A stretch of DNA of 64,000 nt from a virus. Taxonomy: Duplodnaviria; Caudoviricetes. The DNA lies in the IMG/VR virus record IMGVR_UViG_3300033073_001881, positions 23,017-87,016 of that record, one strand, 5' to 3'. Shown piece after piece: positions 9,251 through 18,142 of this stretch; positions within the stretch are counted from its first letter, which is position 1; every line of letters starts with the position of its first letter. The notes under the pieces are model-generated. The model was not told the DNA's origin and searched no databases. It was given only the letters and a program-made list of their open reading frames with translations. Both the position numbers and the translations under genes were made by a program.

Positions 9251-12200
9251 TACTCAAAAGAGACGCCTGAAGGTGTGATAACAAAATCAACCGCAATAAA
9301 TTCGATTGTCTTTGTTGGTACTAGCACGATCTTACCGTTCAGCCTATTCTGTTCGGCATCCTGCTGTGTATTATTTGAATCATCCATGATGACTTTAAAC
9401 TTCTCGATACCTGCCTGTGCCTGGATTAAACCAAGAAGAGGAGTAACCGAACCAATGAATTTAGTTCTTACAGCTGGTGTATTTTGTTCAAATAGCAATC
9501 TTCCTGCAACATCAGAAACAACTCTCTTAACTTCGAGGAGTAATCTTCTTACATTGACTCTATCAAGCGCTGATTTTTTGAGCTGAAGTGTTTTTTGACC
9601 AAAAATAACAAATCCACCTGATGGGAATGTTGCAATTGGATTAATTCTTGCATCATAAAGAACATCGCGATCTGGCTGATTAAGTCTAACATGCACATTG
9701 CTAATAAAATCAAGAGCGGCTCTGTTGAAACCAGCTGGCGCGAACCAAGGATATGAAACCTTGTCACTGTATGCTATTGCTCCCATGGCGGCAACAGAAG
9801 CAGGAACCTTGACATTTTTGTTAAGTTTAGCGTCTGGGATGTAAACATCAGGGAAGTAAGCTGCTGCATAGTTGTTATCAATTCCAAGCCCAATGAAGCT
9901 CTCTGAAGTTTGTCTAACCGAAGGTCTTCTTGAAGTTGTAGAATCGAAGATTCTTGCGCCATTATCATCATATGAAGGAATATCTCTTACATACAATGCC
10001 AACGAATAATCTCTAACAGCATCCTGGGCATAATTCGTGACAAGTGGCTCTCTAATACCTGGTATTGCAAGTAGATTGATATTTGATGAAATTTCATCTG
10101 TTAAAATATCAACAGCAGATCGATATGAAGAAACTATGTTATTATCGACGCCCGCACCTGCAGCATTTGCTAATAAACCTGATTCTACGACACCTTGTGC
10201 TTTTCCATCTTCGCCTTGATAACCTGATTCTGTAGAAGATGCTCTATCATTCATAAGTCTATTGTCTCTATCAAGAATATTGAGACCATCAAATCCACCG
10301 TAAAAAACATTGGTGAATTTATTGAATGATGAGAATCTATTAAAGATTACCGATGATGAAGCAATTAGCGTCGCCATGGTAACTCTATCATCGGAGCCAT
10401 AATTTATCGAGTAATTTGTAGATGATGGAGTTCCATTTCTTACATAGGCTGCTTCTCGCATATGAACTTCAGCAGTTCCAGTTACTGTTGTAATAGAACC
10501 ATTTGCAAGAGCAACTCTTGCAAGAGTGAATTTATTTGCGTTAAATGCATCTGCAGCAGAACCTGTTACTAAAACATCTTGTTTTAAAATTCCCTGGAAT
10601 TTTGTGTAACTTGATACAAGATTATTTTGTAAAGTACCAAGATTGTAATTTAGAATAGCATCATTAATGGATGATGATAAAGGCATTGACTGAACAACGA
10701 CGCCCCAATGAAGTCGACTATCGACTCTTTCGTTAGCACCATAAGTTCCAATATTAGCAGTTCCTGCTGTATCTGCCATTGTTCCACGAGTTACCTTAAA
10801 TCTAAATGGAAGTGGTGGAAGAATAGAGGCTGTGATATCACTAACAATATTGTTGGAAAGTCTTGATGGGCCTGTGTATGTCTCACCACCAAATGACAGT
10901 GAAGAAGCTGAATCGTTGAGGCTGTCAACAGTTTTCAAAACTGGAATTCCGCGGAAACCAAATGGTAGAGCTTCCTTAGGAACCTGCCCAGATTCAAGAG
11001 CTGGATTCATTACGACTCTAACGTTGGCACTTCTGTTTGGATATTTTCCTGAAATAATAAGTCTGCGCTCGGCCTTTTCATCAGTGTCAAAGTTCCAATA
11101 AACCTTCTTATCACCAATAACTCTTGCAATGTAATTTTCAGCTCTTGGATTTAAACTGACTTTTGCATAGTATTCGACACCTTTTTGATTAATGTCGTCA
11201 TCGCCAAATTCTCTGAAAACAACATCGAAAGTTCCATATGGCTGATCAGGATCGGTGCTTGCCTGAATATTGGTGATAGAAACCTTTAATTTGTCATTTC
11301 CATATGCACCATCAGAAATGGTTTCAAAATGGAAGAGATCATATTCAAAATTTCCAAAAGGCTGTGAAATAAATGGTGTTGTTCTTGGGGTTGTAAATCT
11401 TGTGTCATAACGGCCGAATTTTTCTGTCCAGTCTTCAGTTCCAGATGTAACAAGAACTTCTGCTGTGGCAGTTCCTGCCTGGACGAGTGCAAGATCCTTT
11501 TCAACTGGGAAATCAAGATAAAGAAGATGCTTCTTGGTTGCAAAAAGATCAGGATCTGTATTTAAAATTCTTCCAACGTAAGAATTGTCATTTGGATCTA
11601 GCGAAGCGGTTAAAATTCTGACGCCTGGGAATCCATCGTCTGAAGCAAATGTTGAACCTGCATTAGAATAAATGATAACCTTGAATTTTCTTGCAAGACC
11701 TTCAGTATTTGAATCTGGGCCTAAATAAGCCGAAAATCCGGTAGCGTCATAAGTGTCATCGAAAGGAGCAAGATGAATTCTAGAACCTGAAGCTGCAAAA
11801 ACAACAGCTCTTACTAGATTTACAGTTTGACCACCTGCATACGAAACATTGAAACTTGGATTGTCTGTAAAAATTGGAAAGCCTTCACCTTCATTACCGC
11901 CAGTACCGGATGCGCTGATATAGTGTCTTGCTACAATGAATTGAACTGCGCTATCTTGATTGGTAAGATCAGGGGAGATCTTAAAACCAGCATTTTTTAC
12001 AACTCCATTTGTGACTGTATCTGAAATATCTGATTGTGTGCTATTTGCTCCGGCACCAAGAACACGGACATAAGTGAGTGACTGCTTGTGTGCAAGAAAC
12101 TCGTCTACTGCATAGGTTGCTGGCATTTGTTGATTTAGCTCGCCAAACTTTGCATTAAAATCTGCCATGTTAGCAAGTGTGACGGGCACGAACGCTGGTC

Positions 12201-12315
12201 CTTTTTCGGCGGTTCCAATGATTCCACCAGGAACTCCAACAGGCTGCTGTGCACCTGCTACAAGTTCGATCTCTTGTTCGTAGAAGCCCGGTGAACGAAA
12301 TGTTTGTTCGGCCAT
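9250..12315 (-). CDS. gp18: Tail sheath protein, first paralog, 1021 aa
   Basis: SPGF N-terminus, GTAEKGPAFVP, PWFAPAGFNRA, INPI, GQKTL, LDRVNVRRLL, LVPTKTIEFI. Confidence 0.95.
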   Translation of the reverse strand: MAEQTFRSPGFYEQEIELVAGAQQPVGVPGGIIGTAEKGPAFVPVTLANMADFNAKFGELNQQMPATYAVDEFLAHKQSLTYVRVLGAGANSTQSDISDTVTNGVVKNAGFKISPDLTNQDSAVQFIVARHYISASGTGGNEGEGFPIFTDNPSFNVSYAGGQTVNLVRAVVFAASGSRIHLAPFDDTYDATGFSAYLGPDSNTEGLARKFKVIIYSNAGSTFASDDGFPGVRILTASLDPNDNSYVGRILNTDPDLFATKKHLLYLDFPVEKDLALVQAGTATAEVLVTSGTEDWTEKFGRYDTRFTTPRTTPFISQPFGNFEYDLFHFETISDGAYGNDKLKVSITNIQASTDPDQPYGTFDVVFREFGDDDINQKGVEYYAKVSLNPRAENYIARVIGDKKVYWNFDTDEKAERRLIISGKYPNRSANVRVVMNPALESGQVPKEALPFGFRGIPVLKTVDSLNDSASSLSFGGETYTGPSRLSNNIVSDITASILPPLPFRFKVTRGTMADTAGTANIGTYGANERVDSRLHWGVVVQSMPLSSSINDAILNYNLGTLQNNLVSSYTKFQGILKQDVLVTGSAADAFNANKFTLARVALANGSITTVTGTAEVHMREAAYVRNGTPSSTNYSINYGSDDRVTMATLIASSSVIFNRFSSFNKFTNVFYGGFDGLNILDRDNRLMNDRASSTESGYQGEDGKAQGVVESGLLANAAGAGVDNNIVSSYRSAVDILTDEISSNINLLAIPGIREPLVTNYAQDAVRDYSLALYVRDIPSYDDNGARIFDSTTSRRPSVRQTSESFIGLGIDNNYAAAYFPDVYIPDAKLNKNVKVPASVAAMGAIAYSDKVSYPWFAPAGFNRAALDFISNVHVRLNQPDRDVLYDARINPIATFPSGGFVIFGQKTLQLKKSALDRVNVRRLLLEVKRVVSDVAGRLLFEQNTPAVRTKFIGSVTPLLGLIQAQAGIEKFKVIMDDSNNTQQDAEQNRLNGKIVLVPTKTIEFIAVDFVITPSGVSFE

Positions 12316-12334
12316 TACTGTCTCCTTGTAAAAT

Positions 12335-12381
12335 TAATTATCATTGTCTAATTATTAAGACACATGATAAGTATGTCTTAA
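12335..12381 (-). promoter_or_regulatory. Cluster of three putative late promoter motifs (12368-12374, 12349-12355, 12335-12341); the first lies inside an 8-bp inverted repeat
   Basis: ATACTTA, ATAATTA, ATAATTA upstream of AAGGAG and ATG. TTAAGACA (12355-12362) and TGTCTTAA (12374-12381) flank the first motif. Confidence 0.55.
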
Positions 12382-12405
12382 CAAGTAGTTAAATCATAAA
12401 TTTTT

Positions 12406-13650
12406 TCAAATATTATCAATTCTAATTACTTCTTCACCTTTAGATGGAATAGAGACAGTAACTCTTCCTACAACTCGCCCAGGCTTTCCAGTAATTGGAT
12501 CATTTTCATAAACAATTTTTTTGGTTCTTGAATTAATTTCAGCGACACTGCCAACTGATGATTCTTCAATTTTTTCTTGGCTAAGTACGGTAGATGAATC
12601 GAAATCTTCAGAGCCTGCTGTCGTTAATGATTGCTCTTTTCCATTTGCGGCAATAGACGCAGAAGGTCCCAGAGTGTCTTCTGTTGCCACTTCACTTAAA
12701 AGGTATGATTCACTATTACCGCTTGGCACGGGTGTCTTTATCGATGGACCAGGGTCACTCTGATAAACCCCGAATGATACTGTAGGTGCTGACAAATAAC
12801 TTTTTACTCCATTCGGAATTCCTGGTGATTGAGGTAAGATTAAGTACCCTGGAACTTCCGCTGTGATGGTTGCTTTCACAAGTCTTTCTTCATCAGAAAA
12901 GCTATCGAAGTTATTTCCAGATGAAATGGAAGACTCAAAGTAAGCAACAAACCAGTAACCTTTGTTTGTAGTTATTTTTATGGTTCTACCACCTGGTTGA
13001 ATGTAGCTTCCTAAAAGAGTTCCAATCATAGAATTGAGCTGACCTACATATTGAGCCCAAAATGTTACCTCGTATTTCAAAGTGAAATACTTTGGCATAG
13101 GAATAACCAAAATTTCATAAATTCCACTATGCAATTTTGGTTGCAATGCTCTTCCTGACTCTGTGTAAAAGTCTTTTATTTTATTTGAAACCCCAGCTCC
13201 AGGTCCTTCAATGTTGAGAAAACCTTGAGTATTTTTTAATGATTGAAATAACTGATCTTCGCTTGTTATTTTCTTTTTGATCACCATTTCGTTGTATCGA
13301 TCAGAAACTCCTCCACCTTTTGTAGAATCCTGCTCTAATCCCGATCTTGAAATAGAAATTATTGGAAGAATGAGTGAATTATTTTTATCTCTTAGTGGAG
13401 ATTTTTTTGATGCCGCTGCAAATCTTTCTCCCGAAGAAAATACAACCGGAATTTTTCTTAATTCGCTATCATTTTTATTTGATTTGTATGTGAAAGGAAG
13501 AACTTTGTCAAATAAATCAAAAAAAGATCTATCAACATCTTCTATTTCGCATGAAGGCAATACGAAGTCTGTTGAATTATTAGATCCTTCATATCCACTT
13601 GGAATAACACCTTTTATTGATTTGTTTTTATCATATCTAGTTTGATTCAT
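12406..13650 (-). CDS. Tail completion / sheath terminator protein, gp15-like, 414 aa
   Basis: IPVVFSSGER and LILPIISISRSG motifs, YEVTFWAQY...LNSM; lies between neck and sheath genes. Confidence 0.65.
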   Translation of the reverse strand: MNQTRYDKNKSIKGVIPSGYEGSNNSTDFVLPSCEIEDVDRSFFDLFDKVLPFTYKSNKNDSELRKIPVVFSSGERFAAASKKSPLRDKNNSLILPIISISRSGLEQDSTKGGGVSDRYNEMVIKKKITSEDQLFQSLKNTQGFLNIEGPGAGVSNKIKDFYTESGRALQPKLHSGIYEILVIPMPKYFTLKYEVTFWAQYVGQLNSMIGTLLGSYIQPGGRTIKITTNKGYWFVAYFESSISSGNNFDSFSDEERLVKATITAEVPGYLILPQSPGIPNGVKSYLSAPTVSFGVYQSDPGPSIKTPVPSGNSESYLLSEVATEDTLGPSASIAANGKEQSLTTAGSEDFDSSTVLSQEKIEESSVGSVAEINSRTKKIVYENDPITGKPGRVVGRVTVSIPSKGEEVIRIDNI

Positions 13651-14300
13651 TCATCACCATAAAAAGATGAGCTAATTCCATCTTCCTTAACCTTTTTAGG
13701 ACCTGTTATAGGCGCATCAAGCACTCCATTTTTCTGAAGCTCTCTAACATCATTTGTTTCACCAGCTGAATTTGTACTTGCACCGCGCTGTTGCTCGAAT
13801 GTTTTTTGAACTGAATCTGCCTCTGTAAATTTGACGCTGGTTGGGCCAAGTGGATTTTTACCAATTTGTCCTTCACGTGCCTGTTTTCCAATTAACTTGT
13901 AGCCTGTTAAATGTTCAACCTGTCCAAATATTTTACTAATAGCTATTTTTGATGTCACTTCATAAAAAATAGAGCCATAAGAAAAATAATCGCCTTCTCT
14001 AACAATAATGTTTTTATCTAATAGATCTCTTTGATGAATTAACGCATTAGCAGATCCTCTAGTTTCAGAACCAAATTGATTAGTGCTAACTGTTGGAGCT
14101 TCCCATTCAACAAGTGCCTCTATTTCAATAGGAGGATTGAATATTTTTTCAACAGCTTCTTCGTAAATATCGTGAACTTGAGTTAAATCTTCCCTTACTC
14201 GATAGTAGTAAATTTTTTGACCAATTACATCTTTGATGATCTCTTTGGTTATGTCACTAATAAAATCTAATTCCCTTTCAGTGATAAAAAGCCTTGCCAT
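13647..14300 (-). CDS. Neck / head-closure protein, gp14-like, 217 aa
   Basis: DIYEEA and IVREGDYFSYGSIFYEV motifs; follows the gp13-like gene. Confidence 0.65.
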   Translation of the reverse strand: MARLFITERELDFISDITKEIIKDVIGQKIYYYRVREDLTQVHDIYEEAVEKIFNPPIEIEALVEWEAPTVSTNQFGSETRGSANALIHQRDLLDKNIIVREGDYFSYGSIFYEVTSKIAISKIFGQVEHLTGYKLIGKQAREGQIGKNPLGPTSVKFTEADSVQKTFEQQRGASTNSAGETNDVRELQKNGVLDAPITGPKKVKEDGISSSFYGDE

Positions 14301-14303
14301 TTT

Positions 14304-15473
14304 TTATCCTATCATAATCGCGCGACCCATTGGAATAGGCACGGCTTTTAGAACTTTTTGAAGATTATCTATTTTGGCAGCTTCGGCCTCTAAAAGTTTA
14401 TCATAAGTCATGGTATCAAGCATTTCTCGAAGCTGCGTTATTAATTTTTCTTTTTCTTCTCTTCCTTGACTTATTAAATCAGAACCATTTAATTGCAATT
14501 CTCCTCCTGGAATAGGAACAGAACCGAATTTAGATCTAACAAGACCAAGAAGTTCCTTGCTTAAAGCAAGAGTGAATTGTCTTGTCCATTGTCTTCCTAT
14601 TGAATTAATTCTGCTATAAACAAAATTACCAAATGGAACGTTGGATAGGTTGTTTATTCCGTTAATACTATCTGTTGGAATTGAAGGATTTAAAGGATCA
14701 TTTGGAAATCCAACTCTAAACCAAAGCCTTGGTTGAATATCGGCAACTGGAGTTGGAAATATTCTTAACTTGGTGCCTGATATCATATAGCTATAGTTTG
14801 ATCTTCTAACCTTATTAGATATTGCCATCTGGCCGCCACGAAGAATATCCTCGAATACAGGCAAGACATAGAAAACAGTTTCAGGAGTAAATGATTCAAA
14901 GCTAAATTCGTTGTTAAGATAATTGATAGCAGATGTTGTATCGAAAAATCTATATGCAGCCTGAGGACTATAATGCATTACTTCAAATATCTTCATTTTA
15001 CCATGTAGAGAATTTAGAGATGATGAAACCAGAGGAACGCTTGCACCATCAACTAGATCTGTGTATAGATCGTAGTCTTGTCTACCTTGAACAAGCTGTA
15101 TAGAGCCAGAAACTGTATTATAGCTTCCTCCAAGGCCTGCGTTAGATGCATAAGGCTCTGCAAGTCTTAAAGCAAATTCAAGTGTTTGCAAAGGGTATTT
15201 CTGCTCTGAACCATTTAATGAACCTGTTGAGGCGCCAAGAAGACTTGACAATTGGGACTTTGCCTGATACTGATTTACTATCGCGCCATATTCGCAGAAA
15301 GCTTCTTCAAAACATGCCCAAATTTGTTTTGATGTGAGTTCTACAGAAAGAATGTCATCACCAAGCTTTCTTTTCACAAATGTGACCATTGAATCAGCCT
15401 CGTTTTGAAAATCCGCGTCTGAATCAAAGAAACCAAACGGAGTTGGCGATAATGTAGTTGCAAAGCTTGGCAT
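14304..15473 (-). CDS. gp13: Neck adaptor protein, gp13-like, 389 aa
   Basis: VELTSKQIWACFEEA N-terminal motif and IPGGELQLNGSDLISQGREEKEKL C-terminal motif. Confidence 0.8.
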   Translation of the reverse strand: MPSFATTLSPTPFGFFDSDADFQNEADSMVTFVKRKLGDDILSVELTSKQIWACFEEAFCEYGAIVNQYQAKSQLSSLLGASTGSLNGSEQKYPLQTLEFALRLAEPYASNAGLGGSYNTVSGSIQLVQGRQDYDLYTDLVDGASVPLVSSSLNSLHGKMKIFEVMHYSPQAAYRFFDTTSAINYLNNEFSFESFTPETVFYVLPVFEDILRGGQMAISNKVRRSNYSYMISGTKLRIFPTPVADIQPRLWFRVGFPNDPLNPSIPTDSINGINNLSNVPFGNFVYSRINSIGRQWTRQFTLALSKELLGLVRSKFGSVPIPGGELQLNGSDLISQGREEKEKLITQLREMLDTMTYDKLLEAEAAKIDNLQKVLKAVPIPMGRAIMIG

Positions 15474-15495
15474 TACTTCTCCTCTTGCTATCTAA

Positions 15496-15502
15496 TAAGT
15501 AT
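15496..15502 (-). promoter_or_regulatory. Putative late promoter ATACTTA (neck operon)
   Basis: Motif followed by GAGGAG SD and ATG. Confidence 0.65.
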
Positions 15503-15521
15503 GTTGAAGATTTAATTTAAA

Positions 15522-16070
15522 CTAATCGTTTTCATTATAGCCTGTCACGGTTCTATCTGCATATTTTTTAGAAATATATTTTGATAAAGCGTTTGTTATG
15601 TTTGGAACTTTTGCTTCATCAGGTAGATCTTCGAATTGTTTAGTTGCTTGATTTAAAAAGTTATCTTCAACAGTATCATCAACTATTCTGGAAATTTCAT
15701 CATCGACATTAAGAAAATCAAGATGTGTGTCTGTTTTCTTTTCATCGGACTGAGAATACATTTGTTTTAAAGTTTTAGCCATGGTCCACGCACCTTTAGC
15801 AGCTAGTGCAGGAGGAAAAATAGTAGCAAGACTACCAACGATAGCGTCAACTGCAGCATCTTTGACCACGGCTCCACCTTTTTCTGCTCTTTTTTCGCTA
15901 TTGATGATTTTAATTAATTCTCGTAAATCTTTCATAGTGCTAATATCAGGATTAATTTTGTTTGATTTCGACTTTTGTCTTAAAATATCCTTCAAAGAAG
16001 CTTCATGAATACTTCTAATTTCTTTAGAAATGATTTCTCTAAGTTTTGATTCTTTTATTTGCATGTTCAT
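15522..16070 (-). CDS. Hypothetical protein, 182 aa, candidate internal head protein
   Basis: Own ATACTTA motif (16086-16092), shared N-terminal leader MQIKESKLREIISKE, central hydrophobic Ala/Gly stretch. Confidence 0.75.
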   Translation of the reverse strand: MNMQIKESKLREIISKEIRSIHEASLKDILRQKSKSNKINPDISTMKDLRELIKIINSEKRAEKGGAVVKDAAVDAIVGSLATIFPPALAAKGAWTMAKTLKQMYSQSDEKKTDTHLDFLNVDDEISRIVDDTVEDNFLNQATKQFEDLPDEAKVPNITNALSKYISKKYADRTVTGYNEND

Positions 16071-16085
16071 CTCGCGCTTTTATAA

Positions 16086-16092
16086 TAAGTAT
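16086..16092 (-). promoter_or_regulatory. Putative late promoter ATACTTA directly downstream of the capsid terminator
   Basis: Same motif, in a GACATACTTA context. Confidence 0.65.
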
Positions 16093-16115
16093 GTCGAAAC
16101 CCGCTTATTGATAAT

Positions 16116-16150
16116 AAAAAAACAGCCGACCTTGAAGGTCGGCTGTTTTT
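16116..16150 (-). terminator. Rho-independent terminator after the major capsid gene, probably bidirectional
   Basis: 15-bp perfect inverted repeat AAAAACAGCCGACCT / AGGTCGGCTGTTTTT with a 3-nt loop; U7 tract on the minus strand. Confidence 0.92.
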
Positions 16151-16165
16151 CATCTAGTTTCTAGA

Positions 16166-18088
16166 TTAGATGATGTTGAGATCAAGAACGGTAACGGTAC
16201 CGTAGAAGTCTGAACGAACCATCTTCTTGCCGTAGCGGGTCATAACGCCCTTACGAGGAGTGAAGTCCTCTGGAGCAAAGATTGTTGGGGTGACAATCAA
16301 TGGAACATATGGAGCGTAGACATAACCGGTCTCGAGGTATGAAGTGCCCTTGAAGCCGACGAGGATCTTGTTACGTGGGAAGTAAGGATCCTTGTAGACT
16401 GTGAAGCGATTGCTGAGAGTACCGACCTTCTCTGCGCCGAGGGTCATTGTTGCACCGACCTGGCCCGAACCGTCGATTGAGTAAACTGGCTTGTAGAAGA
16501 CAGATGCCTCAAGGATGGTTGCTACATCAGGTGAAACCACGATGTAGTTTGCAGAACCGCGGAGGGTCTTACGATGGATCTCGTTAGCAACATCGATGAT
16601 TGTCTCGATGAGGGTCTCGTACCATTCACGGACGTTACCAGTGAATGCAGGACCTGGCTGGGTTGAAGCACGGGTGATGACAGCGCCTGTTGCCTTGTTA
16701 AGGAACTTGCCAGGAGCACGTGACCAGTAGTAGTTTGCGCCAGTACCATTGGTGAGGAGGTCGTTGAGGATCTCGCGGTCGAGTTCCATTGCGATCTGCT
16801 CTGAAAGGATCTGGGTGAGCTCAACCTCTGCATCCAATGAGTGGTATGCGTTGAGGTCTTGTGCGAGCTCTGGTGACCACTTGGCCTTGAGCTTACGAGT
16901 TGATGCAACGACTGAGATTGCCTCAATCTTGATATCAATCTCTGGAATCACTGGTGAAGGTGAAGTTGCGCTGAGGTTTGACTCGAAAGTTGGAATAACG
17001 AGTGCGGTACCATCACTGTCGGTTTCGAGAACTGAAGTGGTTGGGTAGGTGATTCTGAGGTAGCCGTAATCAGCAGGATCGACCTTGGTACCTGAAACAA
17101 TCATGAGGATTGCTGCACCACCAACACCATTGACTGCGAAGCCATTTGGTGTAAACACATTGGTTGTGCTATTCCAGTTTCCAAGACGGTTGAGTCGACG
17201 AACGTTAAGAACACCGGTACCACCCTGCATTGTTTGTGGAATAGCGATAAGGTCTGTATCACCACTTACTGAAGCGGGGTCGCCGTAGACAAGCGCGAAT
17301 TCCTTAACCATTGTGCCATCAGCGTTGGTTGCGATACCAGCGGCTGGGCTAAATGGAACAACAAGTGCGAGGAACTTGCCGCCTGCATCATCAATGAAGC
17401 TGGTGACCTGTGGATCGAACTGAAGAAGTTTGCCGTCTGAACCGGATGAAGTAAGGGTCTTTGTTGGATCGATTACAGCGCCGGTACCATAAGCACCTGA
17501 TGCAAACATATTGGTTCCTGCAGTTCCACCTGCGAAAACGCTTCCGCTATGAACCTTGGAGAAGCTGCTACCAACGAGGTCATACATACCGCCAGTTGCT
17601 AACGAACCGCTGATGATACCTTTACCTGTTGGTGCATTGTAGATTGACTGACCAACTGAGTAGGTTGAAGTAGTACCAGATGCATCGCTACCATCGATTC
17701 CTGTTGTGCCACCGCGGTTAGAACCGTAGGTGTAGTCGAGGAAGAAGAGGAGGCCTGATGGAAGGCTCATTGGCTGAATGGAGACGAGGTCGTTGGCAAC
17801 GAGACCACCGAATACACGACGAACCATTGGGAATGCGATGTTGGTGAAGCCGCGGATATCACCTGATGATGAAGTACCACCTGCGCCAAGACCGATTGAG
17901 TTTGCTTCCTTTAGAAGATGTGCGGTTTCGTTCTCGAGGAGGCGTGCCATGTTCTCTTTCTTGTAGCCATCAAGACCACGAAGAAGACCGGTACGATTCC
18001 ACTTCTCAAGAAGTTTCTTGTTTTCTGCACCGAGGTGACGCTCACGAATGCCCTCAGCAAGTTGATCTAATGTAAATGACTTTGACAT
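16166..18088 (-). CDS. gp23: Major capsid protein, T4 gp23-like, 640 aa
   Basis: VSIQPMSLPSGLLF, IPEIDIKI, TRKLKAKWSPELAQDLNAYHSLDAE, YVYAPYVPL, FTPRKGVMTRYG; strongly biased codon use. Confidence 0.97.
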   Translation of the reverse strand: MSKSFTLDQLAEGIRERHLGAENKKLLEKWNRTGLLRGLDGYKKENMARLLENETAHLLKEANSIGLGAGGTSSSGDIRGFTNIAFPMVRRVFGGLVANDLVSIQPMSLPSGLLFFLDYTYGSNRGGTTGIDGSDASGTTSTYSVGQSIYNAPTGKGIISGSLATGGMYDLVGSSFSKVHSGSVFAGGTAGTNMFASGAYGTGAVIDPTKTLTSSGSDGKLLQFDPQVTSFIDDAGGKFLALVVPFSPAAGIATNADGTMVKEFALVYGDPASVSGDTDLIAIPQTMQGGTGVLNVRRLNRLGNWNSTTNVFTPNGFAVNGVGGAAILMIVSGTKVDPADYGYLRITYPTTSVLETDSDGTALVIPTFESNLSATSPSPVIPEIDIKIEAISVVASTRKLKAKWSPELAQDLNAYHSLDAEVELTQILSEQIAMELDREILNDLLTNGTGANYYWSRAPGKFLNKATGAVITRASTQPGPAFTGNVREWYETLIETIIDVANEIHRKTLRGSANYIVVSPDVATILEASVFYKPVYSIDGSGQVGATMTLGAEKVGTLSNRFTVYKDPYFPRNKILVGFKGTSYLETGYVYAPYVPLIVTPTIFAPEDFTPRKGVMTRYGKKMVRSDFYGTVTVLDLNII

Positions 18089-18110
18089 AATTTAATTTCT
18101 CCTTTGTTTT

Positions 18111-18117
18111 TAGGTAT
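18111..18117 (-). promoter_or_regulatory. Putative late promoter variant ATACCTA (major capsid gene)
   Basis: One mismatch to ATACTTA; followed by AAAGGAG SD. Confidence 0.55.
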
Positions 18118-18142
18118 TATCTAACTTGACGGTCCCGGCCTA

